This document shows positions 16,227 to 26,131 of a stretch of 64,000 bases of DNA, piece by piece; the stretch's first letter is position 1; the number at the start of each line of letters is the position of its first letter. The translations under genes and the position numbers were made by a program. The stretch lies in NCBI GenBank assembly GCA_018268755.1, contig JAFDVW010000018.1, forward strand, positions 46,791-110,790, given 5' to 3'. The DNA comes from Acidobacteriota bacterium (lineage in GTDB: Bacteria; Acidobacteriota; Terriglobia; Terriglobales; Acidobacteriaceae). Under the pieces are notes generated by a model. That model was not told the DNA's origin. It worked only from the letters and a program-made list of their open reading frames with translations, and ran no database searches.

Positions 16227-17975
16227 CTATTCGAGATTGGCCTGCTGATATTTCCGGGAAACGTCCTCCCGCGAGATCACTCCGACCAGGCGGTTGGGGT
16301 CCGCGCGATGGACTACCGGAACCAACGGCGCCTGGTAAATGTGCCGCAATGCCACCTCCAGCGAAAGATCGGGAAAGAGGGACGGCAGTTGGCGGGAGGG
16401 CAACACCGAAGCCAGGGTCATTTCCGACTTCCCTTCTCCCACGAGCCGCTTCAGCTCGTCGCGTGCTACGACATTCCATCCCGAAGGATGCAGTTGCACC
16501 AGGAACTGCTCGCCGGGCAAGTCCTGCACCCGCAACATCGCCTGCTCGACGCTGTCCTGGCCCTTCAACACCGGCTTATCGATGGGCCGCATGGCATCTT
16601 CGACCAGCAGGACATTTTGCTCGCGTTCTTCCTCGAGCGATGGCAACTCCAGGCCATCCTGACGAGTCAGCACGTCAAAGATCGGAGTGTGCTGCAAGCT
16701 GCGCGCCAGCACGTAGGCAACGGTGTTGGCGACAATCACGGGAACAATGATGGAGTAGTTTCCGCTGACTTCAAGGACCATGAAAACCGAGGTCATGGGG
16801 GCACGCAGGAAGGCGGCAAATAATACGCCCATCCCCACCAAAGCATAGGTCCCTACCGAACCAACTAGATGCGGATAAAAAAGTCGCTCCACCCCTCCCA
16901 CCATGCCGCCCAGCATGGCCCCTATAAACAAGGTAGGCGCAAACATCCCGCCCGGGGTGCCGCTGACAAACGAAAGCGTCGTGGAAACAATCTTGAGCAG
17001 GGCCAGGACGCCCAGCATCTGCCAGGTGAACTGATTGTGCATGGCCTGGTCCATGTAGTCGTACCCAGCGCCCATCACTTGCGGGGCCCCAAGATAGCCG
17101 ATGAGTCCAATGAGAAGACCGGCACACGCCGACTGGATGTATTGCGTCCAGCGGGGCCAGGCCCGCAGACGGGGGCGCAGATAGCCGATGGCGCGCGAGA
17201 AGATGGTGGCCGCAATCGCGCCCGCCACTCCCAGCACGGCATAAGCAATCAGCTCCGTAGGCTGCTCCAGCCCGACGGCAGGAATGCGGAATAGCGGCTC
17301 CGCACCCAGAAACCAGCGCACCACTACCACGCTGGAAACGGCGGAGAGCACCACCGATCCCAGAATGCCGGCACTCCAGCGGCCGATGACTTCTTCGATG
17401 ACGAACAGCACGGCAGAAATGGGCGCATTGAACGCGGCCGCCAGGCCCGCCGCGGCCCCCACCGGGGCCAGCAGGCGCAATTTTTCCCGCGAGAGTTCCA
17501 GACGCCGGCCCAGGGCCGAGGCCAGGCTGGCGCCGATTTGCAGCGAAGGGTCCTCCGGACCCAGGGAGTGGCCGGCGCCGATGGCCAGCGCCGCCGTGAT
17601 GAACTTGCCTACCGCGGTGCGGAAAGGAATGTAGCCGTTATAGATGTACAGCGCGGCCTTGGTCTGATTGACTCCGCTGCCACGCACCAGGGGGAAAACA
17701 TGGATCACCAGCAGCGCCACCAGAATACTGACCGCCGCCGGCATGAGCAGAACCCGCAGGGTATGCGGCTCAGGCACCGGCCCCAGCAAGGCAATGCGGC
17801 TCCACTCAATGGCCAGGCGGAAGCACACCACCGCCAGTCCGGAAAAAATCCCGATAAACATCGCCAGCAGGAGAAAGAAACGCTCTTCCGGAAAAGAAAT
17901 GCCCAGGGAGGGCCAGAAGGCACGGCGAATCTGGATCTCCTCCTGCGTACCCGCTTCGGCAGAATTCAGCTCCAT
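16227..17975 (-). CDS. ClC-family chloride channel/H+-Cl- antiporter with C-terminal CBS pair
   Basis: ClC signatures GSGVNQTK, GPEDPSLQIG and GGMFAPTLFIG. The C-terminal ~150 aa resemble CBS domains. Start set to the ATG at 17975 (MELNSAEAG) because the longer ORF overlaps the upstream TPR gene. Confidence 0.88.
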   Translation of the reverse strand: MELNSAEAGTQEEIQIRRAFWPSLGISFPEERFFLLLAMFIGIFSGLAVVCFRLAIEWSRIALLGPVPEPHTLRVLLMPAAVSILVALLVIHVFPLVRGSGVNQTKAALYIYNGYIPFRTAVGKFITAALAIGAGHSLGPEDPSLQIGASLASALGRRLELSREKLRLLAPVGAAAGLAAAFNAPISAVLFVIEEVIGRWSAGILGSVVLSAVSSVVVVRWFLGAEPLFRIPAVGLEQPTELIAYAVLGVAGAIAATIFSRAIGYLRPRLRAWPRWTQYIQSACAGLLIGLIGYLGAPQVMGAGYDYMDQAMHNQFTWQMLGVLALLKIVSTTLSFVSGTPGGMFAPTLFIGAMLGGMVGGVERLFYPHLVGSVGTYALVGMGVLFAAFLRAPMTSVFMVLEVSGNYSIIVPVIVANTVAYVLARSLQHTPIFDVLTRQDGLELPSLEEEREQNVLLVEDAMRPIDKPVLKGQDSVEQAMLRVQDLPGEQFLVQLHPSGWNVVARDELKRLVGEGKSEMTLASVLPSRQLPSLFPDLSLEVALRHIYQAPLVPVVHRADPNRLVGVISREDVSRKYQQANLE

Positions 17976-18022
17976 GGCACTCCCAGCATTCAATGGGGAT
18001 CGTGAGGGGTGGGTGGGCCCGC

Positions 18023-19171
18023 TCACTGTCCCACATCCTTGCGATTTTGCGAGCGTAAGAGCAGGAATGCCTGGTCGCTTCCGGCGGGCGACCCGCAAAA
18101 ACCTGCCATCTGCTGTTCGATGTCAAACACCAAATCCATGGTCTGATCCATAAGCCCGGAATCCCCTCCACCCCGTTCGATCTTCGGTTTCAAAGTCAGC
18201 CAGCGATTGTGCAGGGAACCCCAGGGCGGGCCCGGGGCGGAATCGAAAGAGATTTTTCGACTGGCCGCACACTGATTCAAGCGCTCTCCCGCCTGCGTCC
18301 AGGCTTGCCGGATACGCCGGTCCCGCTCCCGCTGCGAAATATGGCGAGCGTAGGGATCGGCGTTCAGGACCAGTTCCGTGAGGTCCAGACGTCTTTGGGC
18401 CTCGGCGTTCTCAGGCTGAATTTGCAGTGCATGTTGCAGGTAAGCCTTGGCGTTGGGAAAGTCGCCCAATTGAAAAGCGGCCTCGCCCGCCCCAGAGGAA
18501 GCCGCAGCATTCTTACTGTCGGCCTGTAACACTCCCTGAAATTGTTGCAGGGCATGCCCGTAGTCCTGCGCACTTAGGAAAAGCTGGGCCACTTGCAGAT
18601 GCAGGTCGGAGTTTGCCGGCAAAACGGAGGCCAGGGACAGCAACTCGGCCTGGGCCGGCACCAATGCGTCCTGGGCCAACAGGAAGTCGATGAGCTCAAA
18701 GCGCGCATCCCGGCGGCGCGAATCCAGATTCGCACTCCATTCTCCATAAATCGCATTGTGATAGTACTGGGTGGCCCGATCCACCTGCTTCTCGCGCGCG
18801 TAGAGACGCCCCAGGGCCAGATTGACGGCGCCGTCCTGCGGCTTGGCCTCCCACAGGCCGAGAAGATAGGTTTGCGCTTCGGTGGTGCGGCCGGTATCGC
18901 GCAAGGCCCGGGCCAGGGTCAGCTGGCCCTGGAAGTTGTCCGGCCAGTAGATGAGGGCGGCGCGAAAGTTTTCGATGGCGCGCTCCGGATTGCCGCTGGC
19001 CACGGCAGCTTCTCCGTGTTCAAAAAGATGGCGAGCCAAGGCCTTTTGCTGCTCACGAAAACGATTGACCAGGCGGGTGACACCGGCAAACGCTAAAATC
19101 GCAATGACAAGCAGCACAGCCAGCACGACCGGGGGGCGTTTGGCCAGGAGCTTTAATTCCGCATGATTCAT
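18023..19171 (-). CDS. membrane-anchored TPR-repeat protein
   Basis: N-terminal TM (PPVVLAVLLVIAILAFAGV) followed by repeated A..Y/A..L 34-residue TPR-like periodicity. Confidence 0.75.
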   Translation of the reverse strand: MNHAELKLLAKRPPVVLAVLLVIAILAFAGVTRLVNRFREQQKALARHLFEHGEAAVASGNPERAIENFRAALIYWPDNFQGQLTLARALRDTGRTTEAQTYLLGLWEAKPQDGAVNLALGRLYAREKQVDRATQYYHNAIYGEWSANLDSRRRDARFELIDFLLAQDALVPAQAELLSLASVLPANSDLHLQVAQLFLSAQDYGHALQQFQGVLQADSKNAAASSGAGEAAFQLGDFPNAKAYLQHALQIQPENAEAQRRLDLTELVLNADPYARHISQRERDRRIRQAWTQAGERLNQCAASRKISFDSAPGPPWGSLHNRWLTLKPKIERGGGDSGLMDQTMDLVFDIEQQMAGFCGSPAGSDQAFLLLRSQNRKDVGQ

Positions 19172-19343
19172 GATGCGTGCCCCTTCATCTTAAACCCATT
19201 CCCCGCGGGCCGGGGCAGGAGAAACGCAGGGGGAAGCTTCAGGGACAGCCCCGCGGGCGAGATTTCCGCAGGGGCTCGCAGGCAATGGTTGACCATATGC
19301 GAAGCGCAGCCTAACATTACGGCCAACGCAAACGGCACGGACC

Positions 19344-21776
19344 ATGACCGTCGACACGATGATCGGCCAGACGATCGCACACTATCGCATTCTCGGGAAA
19401 CTCGGGGGCGGCGGAATGGGCGTGGTTTACGAAGCGGAGGACACCCGCCTGGGCCGCCGCGTGGCCTTGAAGTTCATCCCGGAAAACCTGGTGGGGGACG
19501 CCAAGTCGCTGGAGCGCTTTGAGCGTGAGGCGCGCGCCGCTTCCCAACTCAATCACCCCAACATCTGCACCATCCATGCCATTGAGGACAACCACGGCCA
19601 TCCCTTTATTGTCATGGAAAAACTGGAAGGCCAAAGCCTGAAGCAGCGCATTCACGGCCACCCAGTGGAACTCGAGGCCCTTCTGGATGTTGGGGTACAG
19701 GTGGCCGACGCGCTGGTGGCTTCCCACGCCAAGGGTGTGATCCATCGCGACATCAAGCCGGCCAATATTTTCATTACGCCGGGAGGGCAGGTCAAAGTCC
19801 TGGACTTTGGCCTGGCCAAACTGACGCGGGAGCGCCGTCTCGCCATCAGCGATGATTCCCCGGTCGAAGATTCCCTCACCGCAGTGGGAGTGATTCCCGG
19901 CACCGCGGTTTACATGTCGCCTGAGCAGGCGCGCGGCGAGGAATTGGATCCGCGCAGCGACTTATTCTCCCTTGGGGTCATCCTGTACGAGATGGCCACC
20001 GGGAAGAAACCCTTCCACGGCACCAACGTGGTCACCACTCTGGACGCCGTGTTGCACCAGAAGCCTCCCGCGCCTACCACGCTCATTCCCTCCGTCCCTC
20101 AGGAACTGGAAAACATCATCGGCAGGGCGATGGAGAAAGACCGCACCAAGCGCTACCAGAGTGCACAGGAGATCAAGGAAGACCTGCAGTATCTGAAAAA
20201 GGAGACCGAGTCGGGCCTGACTCGCTCCTCCGCGCGACACACCACCCTGAACGCCGTCAGCAAGACATTCCAGACCTCAAGCCGGAAACTGGTATACGTG
20301 CTGATCGCAGTCACAGCGCTGTTGCTCACTATGATCGTTTCGGTGGGCGCGTGGTGGTGGAAGCACCGCGTAGGAGGCATGGCCATTTCGGGGACGCGCA
20401 GCACCATCGCCGTGCTTCCCCTGCAAAACCTGAATAACGATCCCAGCATGGAATATCTGCGCTTTGCCTTGGCCGATGAAATCGCCAACGCGCTCACCTA
20501 TTCGCGCTCTCTTGAAATCCGGCCTTCCGCCATGACGCGCAAGTACTCTGCGGCCGACGTCGATCCGCAGAAAGTAGGGCATGAACTGCACGTGGCGCAC
20601 GTCGTCATGGGCCACTTTATGCGCCAGGACGACAAGCTGATCATTACCCTGGAAAGCATCGAGGTAGACGACAACAAACTGCTGTGGCAAAGCACGGTGC
20701 AATCGCCGGCCAACAACCTGATTCTGATGCAGGCGCAACTGGCCAGCCAGGTGCGCCAGAGTCTGCTGCCCGCCATGGGGGCGGCCGGCGGACTGGAGAA
20801 TACCAGCACCTATCCGATGAACGCGGAGGCCTACGACCTATTTCTGCGCAGCGTGCCCATCTCCCACGATCCCGGCCCCAATAAGGAAGCGATTGCCATG
20901 CTGGAGCGGGCGGTGGGCATGGACCAGACCTATGCTCCGGCGTGGGAGACCCTGGGCCGCCGCTATTATTTTGACGCCATCTACTCCGGTGGCGGCGTGG
21001 AGGGGTACCAGAAGTCCAGCAATGCCTATGAACGCGCCTTGGCGCTGGAACCGGGGCGGGTGTCCGCCGCCGGCTTCCTTTCCCAAAACCGGGTGGAACT
21101 GGGCGATCTGAACAACGCCTATGCGGAGGCCATCGATCTGGTGAAACGGCGTCCGGAAAATGCCATGGCGCACTTCTCGCTTTCCTACGTCTTGCGCTAT
21201 ACCGGCATGCTGGACGATGCACAGCGCGAGTGCAATACCGCCCTAAGCATCGATCCGGGCAACTTCAACTTCCGCTCCTGCGCTTTCGCCTTCTTTGAGA
21301 CCGGCGACACCCGGCGCGCCCTTGACTTTATTCACCTGGATGCGGGCTCGGAGTGGTCGAATGCCGTGACCGTTTCGATTCTCCTGCGCGAAGGAAAAGT
21401 GGAAGAAGCGCGGCAAAGCCTGCAGGCGGTCACGGACAGCGCGACCTGGATGAAACCCTTTGTGCAGGCCTGCCTGAGCAATCAGCCCGGCGATGGCCAC
21501 AAGATCATCAGCGAGGCGCAGGACAAGATGCTGGCCGAGCCCGACTCGGAGCTCAAGTATTATCAGGGCGCGCTTCTGGCATACTGTGGAGAGCGTGATG
21601 CAGCGCTGAAGTTCCTGCACCGCTCCATTGAGCAGCATTATTGCTCCTATGTCGCGTTGCAGAGAGATCCCCTGCTCGACAAGTTGCGCAGCGCTCCTGG
21701 ATTTGGCGCGGTGCTGGCCAGCGCGCAACAGTGCCAAAAAGAGTTTCTGGCCGCGCGCGCGGCCACCGCCAAGTAG
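19344..21776 (+). CDS. Ser/Thr protein kinase with TM segment and extracytoplasmic TPR-containing domain
   Basis: Hanks kinase motifs GGGGMGVVY, VALK, HRDIKPANI, DFGLAK, YMSPEQ. TM LVYVLIAVTALLLTMIVSVGAWWW. C-terminal TPR-like repeats. Confidence 0.9.
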   Translation: MTVDTMIGQTIAHYRILGKLGGGGMGVVYEAEDTRLGRRVALKFIPENLVGDAKSLERFEREARAASQLNHPNICTIHAIEDNHGHPFIVMEKLEGQSLKQRIHGHPVELEALLDVGVQVADALVASHAKGVIHRDIKPANIFITPGGQVKVLDFGLAKLTRERRLAISDDSPVEDSLTAVGVIPGTAVYMSPEQARGEELDPRSDLFSLGVILYEMATGKKPFHGTNVVTTLDAVLHQKPPAPTTLIPSVPQELENIIGRAMEKDRTKRYQSAQEIKEDLQYLKKETESGLTRSSARHTTLNAVSKTFQTSSRKLVYVLIAVTALLLTMIVSVGAWWWKHRVGGMAISGTRSTIAVLPLQNLNNDPSMEYLRFALADEIANALTYSRSLEIRPSAMTRKYSAADVDPQKVGHELHVAHVVMGHFMRQDDKLIITLESIEVDDNKLLWQSTVQSPANNLILMQAQLASQVRQSLLPAMGAAGGLENTSTYPMNAEAYDLFLRSVPISHDPGPNKEAIAMLERAVGMDQTYAPAWETLGRRYYFDAIYSGGGVEGYQKSSNAYERALALEPGRVSAAGFLSQNRVELGDLNNAYAEAIDLVKRRPENAMAHFSLSYVLRYTGMLDDAQRECNTALSIDPGNFNFRSCAFAFFETGDTRRALDFIHLDAGSEWSNAVTVSILLREGKVEEARQSLQAVTDSATWMKPFVQACLSNQPGDGHKIISEAQDKMLAEPDSELKYYQGALLAYCGERDAALKFLHRSIEQHYCSYVALQRDPLLDKLRSAPGFGAVLASAQQCQKEFLAARAATAK

Positions 21777-21847
21777 CCTGAAAATCGGCTGCTTACCGAT
21801 TCAAGGACTGCCAGTCCAACCATCACGAGAGAGATTCCGGCAGAATA

Positions 21848-24631
21848 ATGTTGCTTCCCATCTCCGCCCAGAAGAATCTTATTAGGATGCTCCACTCCAC
21901 ATGGCGAGCTGGTTTCGTGGGCTCGTTCTTAATCGCCGTTTGTTGCCTGGCCCTTGGCCTGACTGTGTCGGCCCAGGAGCAAGCGCCGGCCCCCTTCGCT
22001 CCCTTGCCACAAAACACCGGCGCTGCCGGATTGAAACAGATGCTTCTTCGCCTGCAGACGACCGCTCGCCTGATGCAGACCACCGCCCATCCCGATGATG
22101 AAGACGGTGGCATGCTGACGCTGGAGTCACGCGGCCACGGCGTGAGCGTGCTGCTGATGACGCTGACCCACGGCGAAGGCGGCCAGAATAAGATGGGCAG
22201 CAATTTGTTCGACGCGCTGGGGGTGGTGCGCACATTGGAGCTGACCGGCTCCGACCGCTACTACGGCGTGGAACAGCGCTTCAGCCGGGTGGCGGACTTC
22301 GGCTTCTCCAAGCGCGCCGATGAGACCTTTGCGAAATGGGGCGGGCACGACGTAGCGCTCGACGATATGGTGCGAGTGATTCGCACCTTTCGGCCCGATG
22401 TTCTGGTGGCGCGTTTCAGCGGCACCGAACGCGATGGACACGGACATCACCAGGCATCGGCCATCCTTACCCGCGAGGCCTTTCGCGCCGCCGCCGATCC
22501 CAATCTCTTCCCCGAACAATTTCAGGAAGGCTTGCAACCCTGGCAGGCCAAGAAGCTTTATATGGGGAATGTGTGCGGATTCGGCGCCAGCACTTGCCCC
22601 GATGCGAACTACAACGTGCGCCTGAATACCGGGGTCGTCGATCCCGCGCTGGGCATGTCTTATATCCAGTTTGCCCTGGAGGGCCTACGGCATCAGCTCT
22701 CGCAGGGCGCCGGGGCCTGGTCGGTGGAACCGGGCGACCGCTTCACCTTCTACAAGCTGGTGGATTCCGTTCTCCCCGGCGACCGAAGCGCGCACGAAAA
22801 GGATTTTTTTGACGGTGTTGACACGACCCTTCCCGGGCTCGTTTCAAAACTGGGCCGCGAAGAGGAAAAGGTCGCGTGGCTGAAGCCGGAACTGACGAAG
22901 ATCGCCGCGAAAATTAGCGAGGCAAGTAGCAAGGCAAATAAGAATCCTGCGGCGGCGGTGGATTCGCTTTCCGAAGTCGTGCGCGGCCTGCGCGCCGTCA
23001 CGGAGCGCGTCGAGAAAAGCAACCTGAGCGATGTTTCGAAGAACATAGTGCTCGGGATCCTGCGCGAGAAGCTGGCGCAGGGCGATGCCGCGCTGGGCTT
23101 CGCTCTCAACCTGAGCGTGGAGGCTACGGCGCAGAGCACGGATACCTCGCCCGCCGCACTCCCCAACGAAGCCGACGCGCTTACCGTGGTTTCTCCCGGA
23201 CAGAAGTTCTACGTCCTGGTGAAAGTGCACAATGGTGCGAAAAATTCTCTGCGCATAGAAAATGTTGCCCTCGTGGGACCGCCAGGGTGGGTGCAAACGC
23301 CCTACAAAGGCAAAGCCAAGGAAGTAGCTCCCGGAGGCGATTTCCTGGCGACAATCGCTTTGCAGGTCCCGCTGCAGGTGACCTATACCCGCCCGCCGCT
23401 GCATCGCAATGATCCGGAGCGCGACAGCATCTACACTGCGGAGGACGCCGACCACGGCACCCTGCCCTTCCCGCCTCCGCTCTTGCAAGCACAAGTGCAA
23501 TACACATTACACGGCGAAGGTCCGTCGAGCAGCGCGCTGGCCAGTGTTCCGGTTACGGCAACTTTCCGCGATGATCACGGTGCGTCCCGCACCCGTCAAC
23601 TCGCGGCAGGACCGGTCTTTTCGGTGGCCCTCGAACCGGGGTCCCAGGTCATTCCCGAACAAAATGGACAGACCTCCTCGGTGCGGGTCGCGGTGCGCTG
23701 CAATTTGACCGGCGCCACGGCGGGCTCCTTGCGCCTGGAGACTCCCCCGGGTTGGAAGGTGGAACCTCTGCAGCAAGCGGTGCATTTGCAGCAGCGCGGC
23801 GAAGAACAGCACTTCCAGTTCAAGGTCACGCCCGCCAGCCTGAAGGAAGGCCAGGTGCAGATTCGTGCTGTCCTGGAGGCCGGAGGAGCGCAGTACTCGG
23901 AAGGCTTTTCCCTGGTCACGCGAGATGACCTGGACAGCTTTTACTACTACCAGCCGGCCACGCAGCGGGTGAGCATTGTGGAGGTCAAAGTCCCCAAGGC
24001 ACTCAAGGTGGCGTATGTCATGGGCGCGGGAGATGACATTCCCGTCGTACTGCAGCAGTTGGGTCTGGATGTCACGCTGCTTCCGGCGGAAAAGCTGGCC
24101 GGCGAAGACCTCAGCCAATACGGAACCCTCGTGCTCGGCATTCGCGCCTACGACACGCAGAAGGATGTCGCCGCCAACACCAGGAAGCTGCTCAGCTTTG
24201 TCTCGAATGGGGGAACGCTGGTCGTGCAATACAACGCTTCTACCGGCGAGTTCAACAGCGGGCACTTCACGCCTTATCCGCTGACCCTGAGCCGGGCCCG
24301 GGTCTCGGTGGAGGAAGCGCCGGTGGAAGTGCTGACGCCGGACGACAGCATTTTTCACACGCCCAATCTCATCGGCGCGCACGACTTCGACGGATGGGTA
24401 CAGGAACGCGGTTTGTACTTCGCCAGCGATTGGGACAGTCACTACACGCCGTTGTTGGCCTCGCATGATCCTGGAGAATCGCCGCAAAAAGGCGGCCTGC
24501 TGCGGGCGCAGTATGGCAAGGGCACATACATCTATACCGGACTGGCATTCTTCCGCCAACTTCCGGCCGGGGTGCCGGGAGCAGTCCGGCTGTACGTCAA
24601 CCTGCTGGCCGCGGGACATACGGAGCCATAA
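21848..24631 (+). CDS. large PIG-L/LmbE-family deacetylase domain protein (multi-domain, secreted)
   Basis: AHPDDEDGG and DGHGHHQAS zinc-site motifs of the PIG-L family lie in the N-terminal third. The signal-like N-terminus is FLIAVCCLALGLTVSAQ. The ~650-aa C-terminal extension ends in a segment that looks ThuA/GATase1-like (KVAYVMGAGDDIP...GGTLVVQYN). Confidence 0.8.
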   Translation: MLLPISAQKNLIRMLHSTWRAGFVGSFLIAVCCLALGLTVSAQEQAPAPFAPLPQNTGAAGLKQMLLRLQTTARLMQTTAHPDDEDGGMLTLESRGHGVSVLLMTLTHGEGGQNKMGSNLFDALGVVRTLELTGSDRYYGVEQRFSRVADFGFSKRADETFAKWGGHDVALDDMVRVIRTFRPDVLVARFSGTERDGHGHHQASAILTREAFRAAADPNLFPEQFQEGLQPWQAKKLYMGNVCGFGASTCPDANYNVRLNTGVVDPALGMSYIQFALEGLRHQLSQGAGAWSVEPGDRFTFYKLVDSVLPGDRSAHEKDFFDGVDTTLPGLVSKLGREEEKVAWLKPELTKIAAKISEASSKANKNPAAAVDSLSEVVRGLRAVTERVEKSNLSDVSKNIVLGILREKLAQGDAALGFALNLSVEATAQSTDTSPAALPNEADALTVVSPGQKFYVLVKVHNGAKNSLRIENVALVGPPGWVQTPYKGKAKEVAPGGDFLATIALQVPLQVTYTRPPLHRNDPERDSIYTAEDADHGTLPFPPPLLQAQVQYTLHGEGPSSSALASVPVTATFRDDHGASRTRQLAAGPVFSVALEPGSQVIPEQNGQTSSVRVAVRCNLTGATAGSLRLETPPGWKVEPLQQAVHLQQRGEEQHFQFKVTPASLKEGQVQIRAVLEAGGAQYSEGFSLVTRDDLDSFYYYQPATQRVSIVEVKVPKALKVAYVMGAGDDIPVVLQQLGLDVTLLPAEKLAGEDLSQYGTLVLGIRAYDTQKDVAANTRKLLSFVSNGGTLVVQYNASTGEFNSGHFTPYPLTLSRARVSVEEAPVEVLTPDDSIFHTPNLIGAHDFDGWVQERGLYFASDWDSHYTPLLASHDPGESPQKGGLLRAQYGKGTYIYTGLAFFRQLPAGVPGAVRLYVNLLAAGHTEP

Positions 24632-24658
24632 ATCCACTTCTTACGTGATTGAGTTTGC

Positions 24659-26131
24659 ATGCAGCCGGAATCCACTAAAGAAACACCGCTCATTCGCGGG
24701 GTCGGCCTGGGCAGCGCCACGGCGCTGAACATGATCGACATGATCGGGGTGGGGCCGTTCATCACCATCCCGCTGATCATCAGCGCGATGGGCGGGCCGC
24801 AGGCCATGCTGGGGTGGATCGTGGGCGCCATCTTCGCCATCTGCGATGGCCTGGTATGGGCGGAACTGGGCGCGGCCATGCCCGGATCGGGCGGCTCCTA
24901 TCGCTATTTGCGGGAGATCTACGGTCCCAAGCGTCTCGGCCGCCTGATCTCTTTCCTTTTTATCTGGCAGCTGTCGTTTTCCGCGCCGCTCTCCATCGCG
25001 TCGGGAGCCATCGGCCTCTCCAGCTACGCCTCGTATTTGTGGCCCGCATTGCAACATGAATACGCGGTGCACAACTGGGCGGTCGATCTGCCGCTGCTCG
25101 GCACCCTGCAATTCCGCTGGCTGGTATCGCGGGCCACTTTCGTGGCCATCGGCGTAGTGCTGATGGCAATTCTGCTGCTCTACCGTAAGATCACCAGCAT
25201 CGGCTGGATGTCCAAGCTGCTGCTGGGCGGCGTGCTGGCCACCATGGGATGGATCATCTTCGCCGGCCTCGGCCACTTCAACGCAGCGCAGGCCTTCAGC
25301 TTTCCCGCCGGGGCGTTCACCCTTTCTCACGATTTTTTTACCGGCCTGGGCGCGGCCATGCTGGTCGCCGCCTACGACTATTGGGGCTACTACAACATTT
25401 GCTTTCTGGGAGACGAGGTCAAGAATCCCGAGCGCACAATTCCCCGCGCCCTGCTGCTATCCATTCTTCTGGTGGGCTGTCTATACGTGGTAATGAACAT
25501 CAGCATCCTGGGGGTGGTGCCGTGGCAGGAGATGCTGCACTCCGGGCAATCGAACCGGGGATTGTATGTGGTCTCGATTTTCATGGAGCGCATTTACGGG
25601 CCCTGGGCCGCCAGTCTGGTCACCGGGCTGGTGATGTGGACGGCCTTCGCTTCGGTGTTTTCCCTCATGCTCGGCTACTCGCGCGTGCCTTATGCCGCGG
25701 CGCTGGATGGAAATTATTTCCGCGTCTTTTCGCGGGTGCATTCCAAGTATCGTTTCCCCTACGTCTCGCTGCTGGCGCTGGGCGGCGTGGCCATGCTGTT
25801 CTGCTTCTTCTCGCTGGCCGACGTGATCGCCGCGTTGGTGGTGATCCGCATCCTGCTGCAATTCCTGGTGCAGGCCATCGGCGTAATCGTGCTGCGCATC
25901 CAACGTCCTGACTTGCCCCGCCCCTTCCGCATGTGGCTGTATCCGCTGCCGGCGCTCTTCGCCAGCGCCGGGTTCCTGTTCATTCTGTTTTCGCGCAAGG
26001 GATTCCTGAAAGAAATTCGTTATGCCGCGGTCATCCTGATTGTGGGCATCGCCATTTATCTGGTACGGGCCTGGCATGGAAAAGAATGGCCCTTCGCCGG
26101 CAATGAGGAAGTAGTGGACAGCCATGGCTGA
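24659..26131 (+). CDS. APC-superfamily amino acid/polyamine permease
   Basis: 490 aa with about 12 TM helices. N-terminal GSATALNMIDMIGVGPFITIPL motif typical of APC transporters. Confidence 0.85.
   Translation: MQPESTKETPLIRGVGLGSATALNMIDMIGVGPFITIPLIISAMGGPQAMLGWIVGAIFAICDGLVWAELGAAMPGSGGSYRYLREIYGPKRLGRLISFLFIWQLSFSAPLSIASGAIGLSSYASYLWPALQHEYAVHNWAVDLPLLGTLQFRWLVSRATFVAIGVVLMAILLLYRKITSIGWMSKLLLGGVLATMGWIIFAGLGHFNAAQAFSFPAGAFTLSHDFFTGLGAAMLVAAYDYWGYYNICFLGDEVKNPERTIPRALLLSILLVGCLYVVMNISILGVVPWQEMLHSGQSNRGLYVVSIFMERIYGPWAASLVTGLVMWTAFASVFSLMLGYSRVPYAAALDGNYFRVFSRVHSKYRFPYVSLLALGGVAMLFCFFSLADVIAALVVIRILLQFLVQAIGVIVLRIQRPDLPRPFRMWLYPLPALFASAGFLFILFSRKGFLKEIRYAAVILIVGIAIYLVRAWHGKEWPFAGNEEVVDSHG

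Noticed and set aside
17976-18098. N-terminal 41-codon extension of the ClC gene given by the ORF track
   Set aside because: The extension overlaps the 3' end of the upstream TPR gene and is Arg/Pro-rich. The ATG at 17975 gives a normal ClC N-terminus.
19171-19344. Repeated CCCCGCGGGC motifs between the TPR operon and the kinase gene as a regulatory element
   Set aside because: There are only two short GC-rich direct copies in a GC-rich background, which is not distinguishable from chance by eye.
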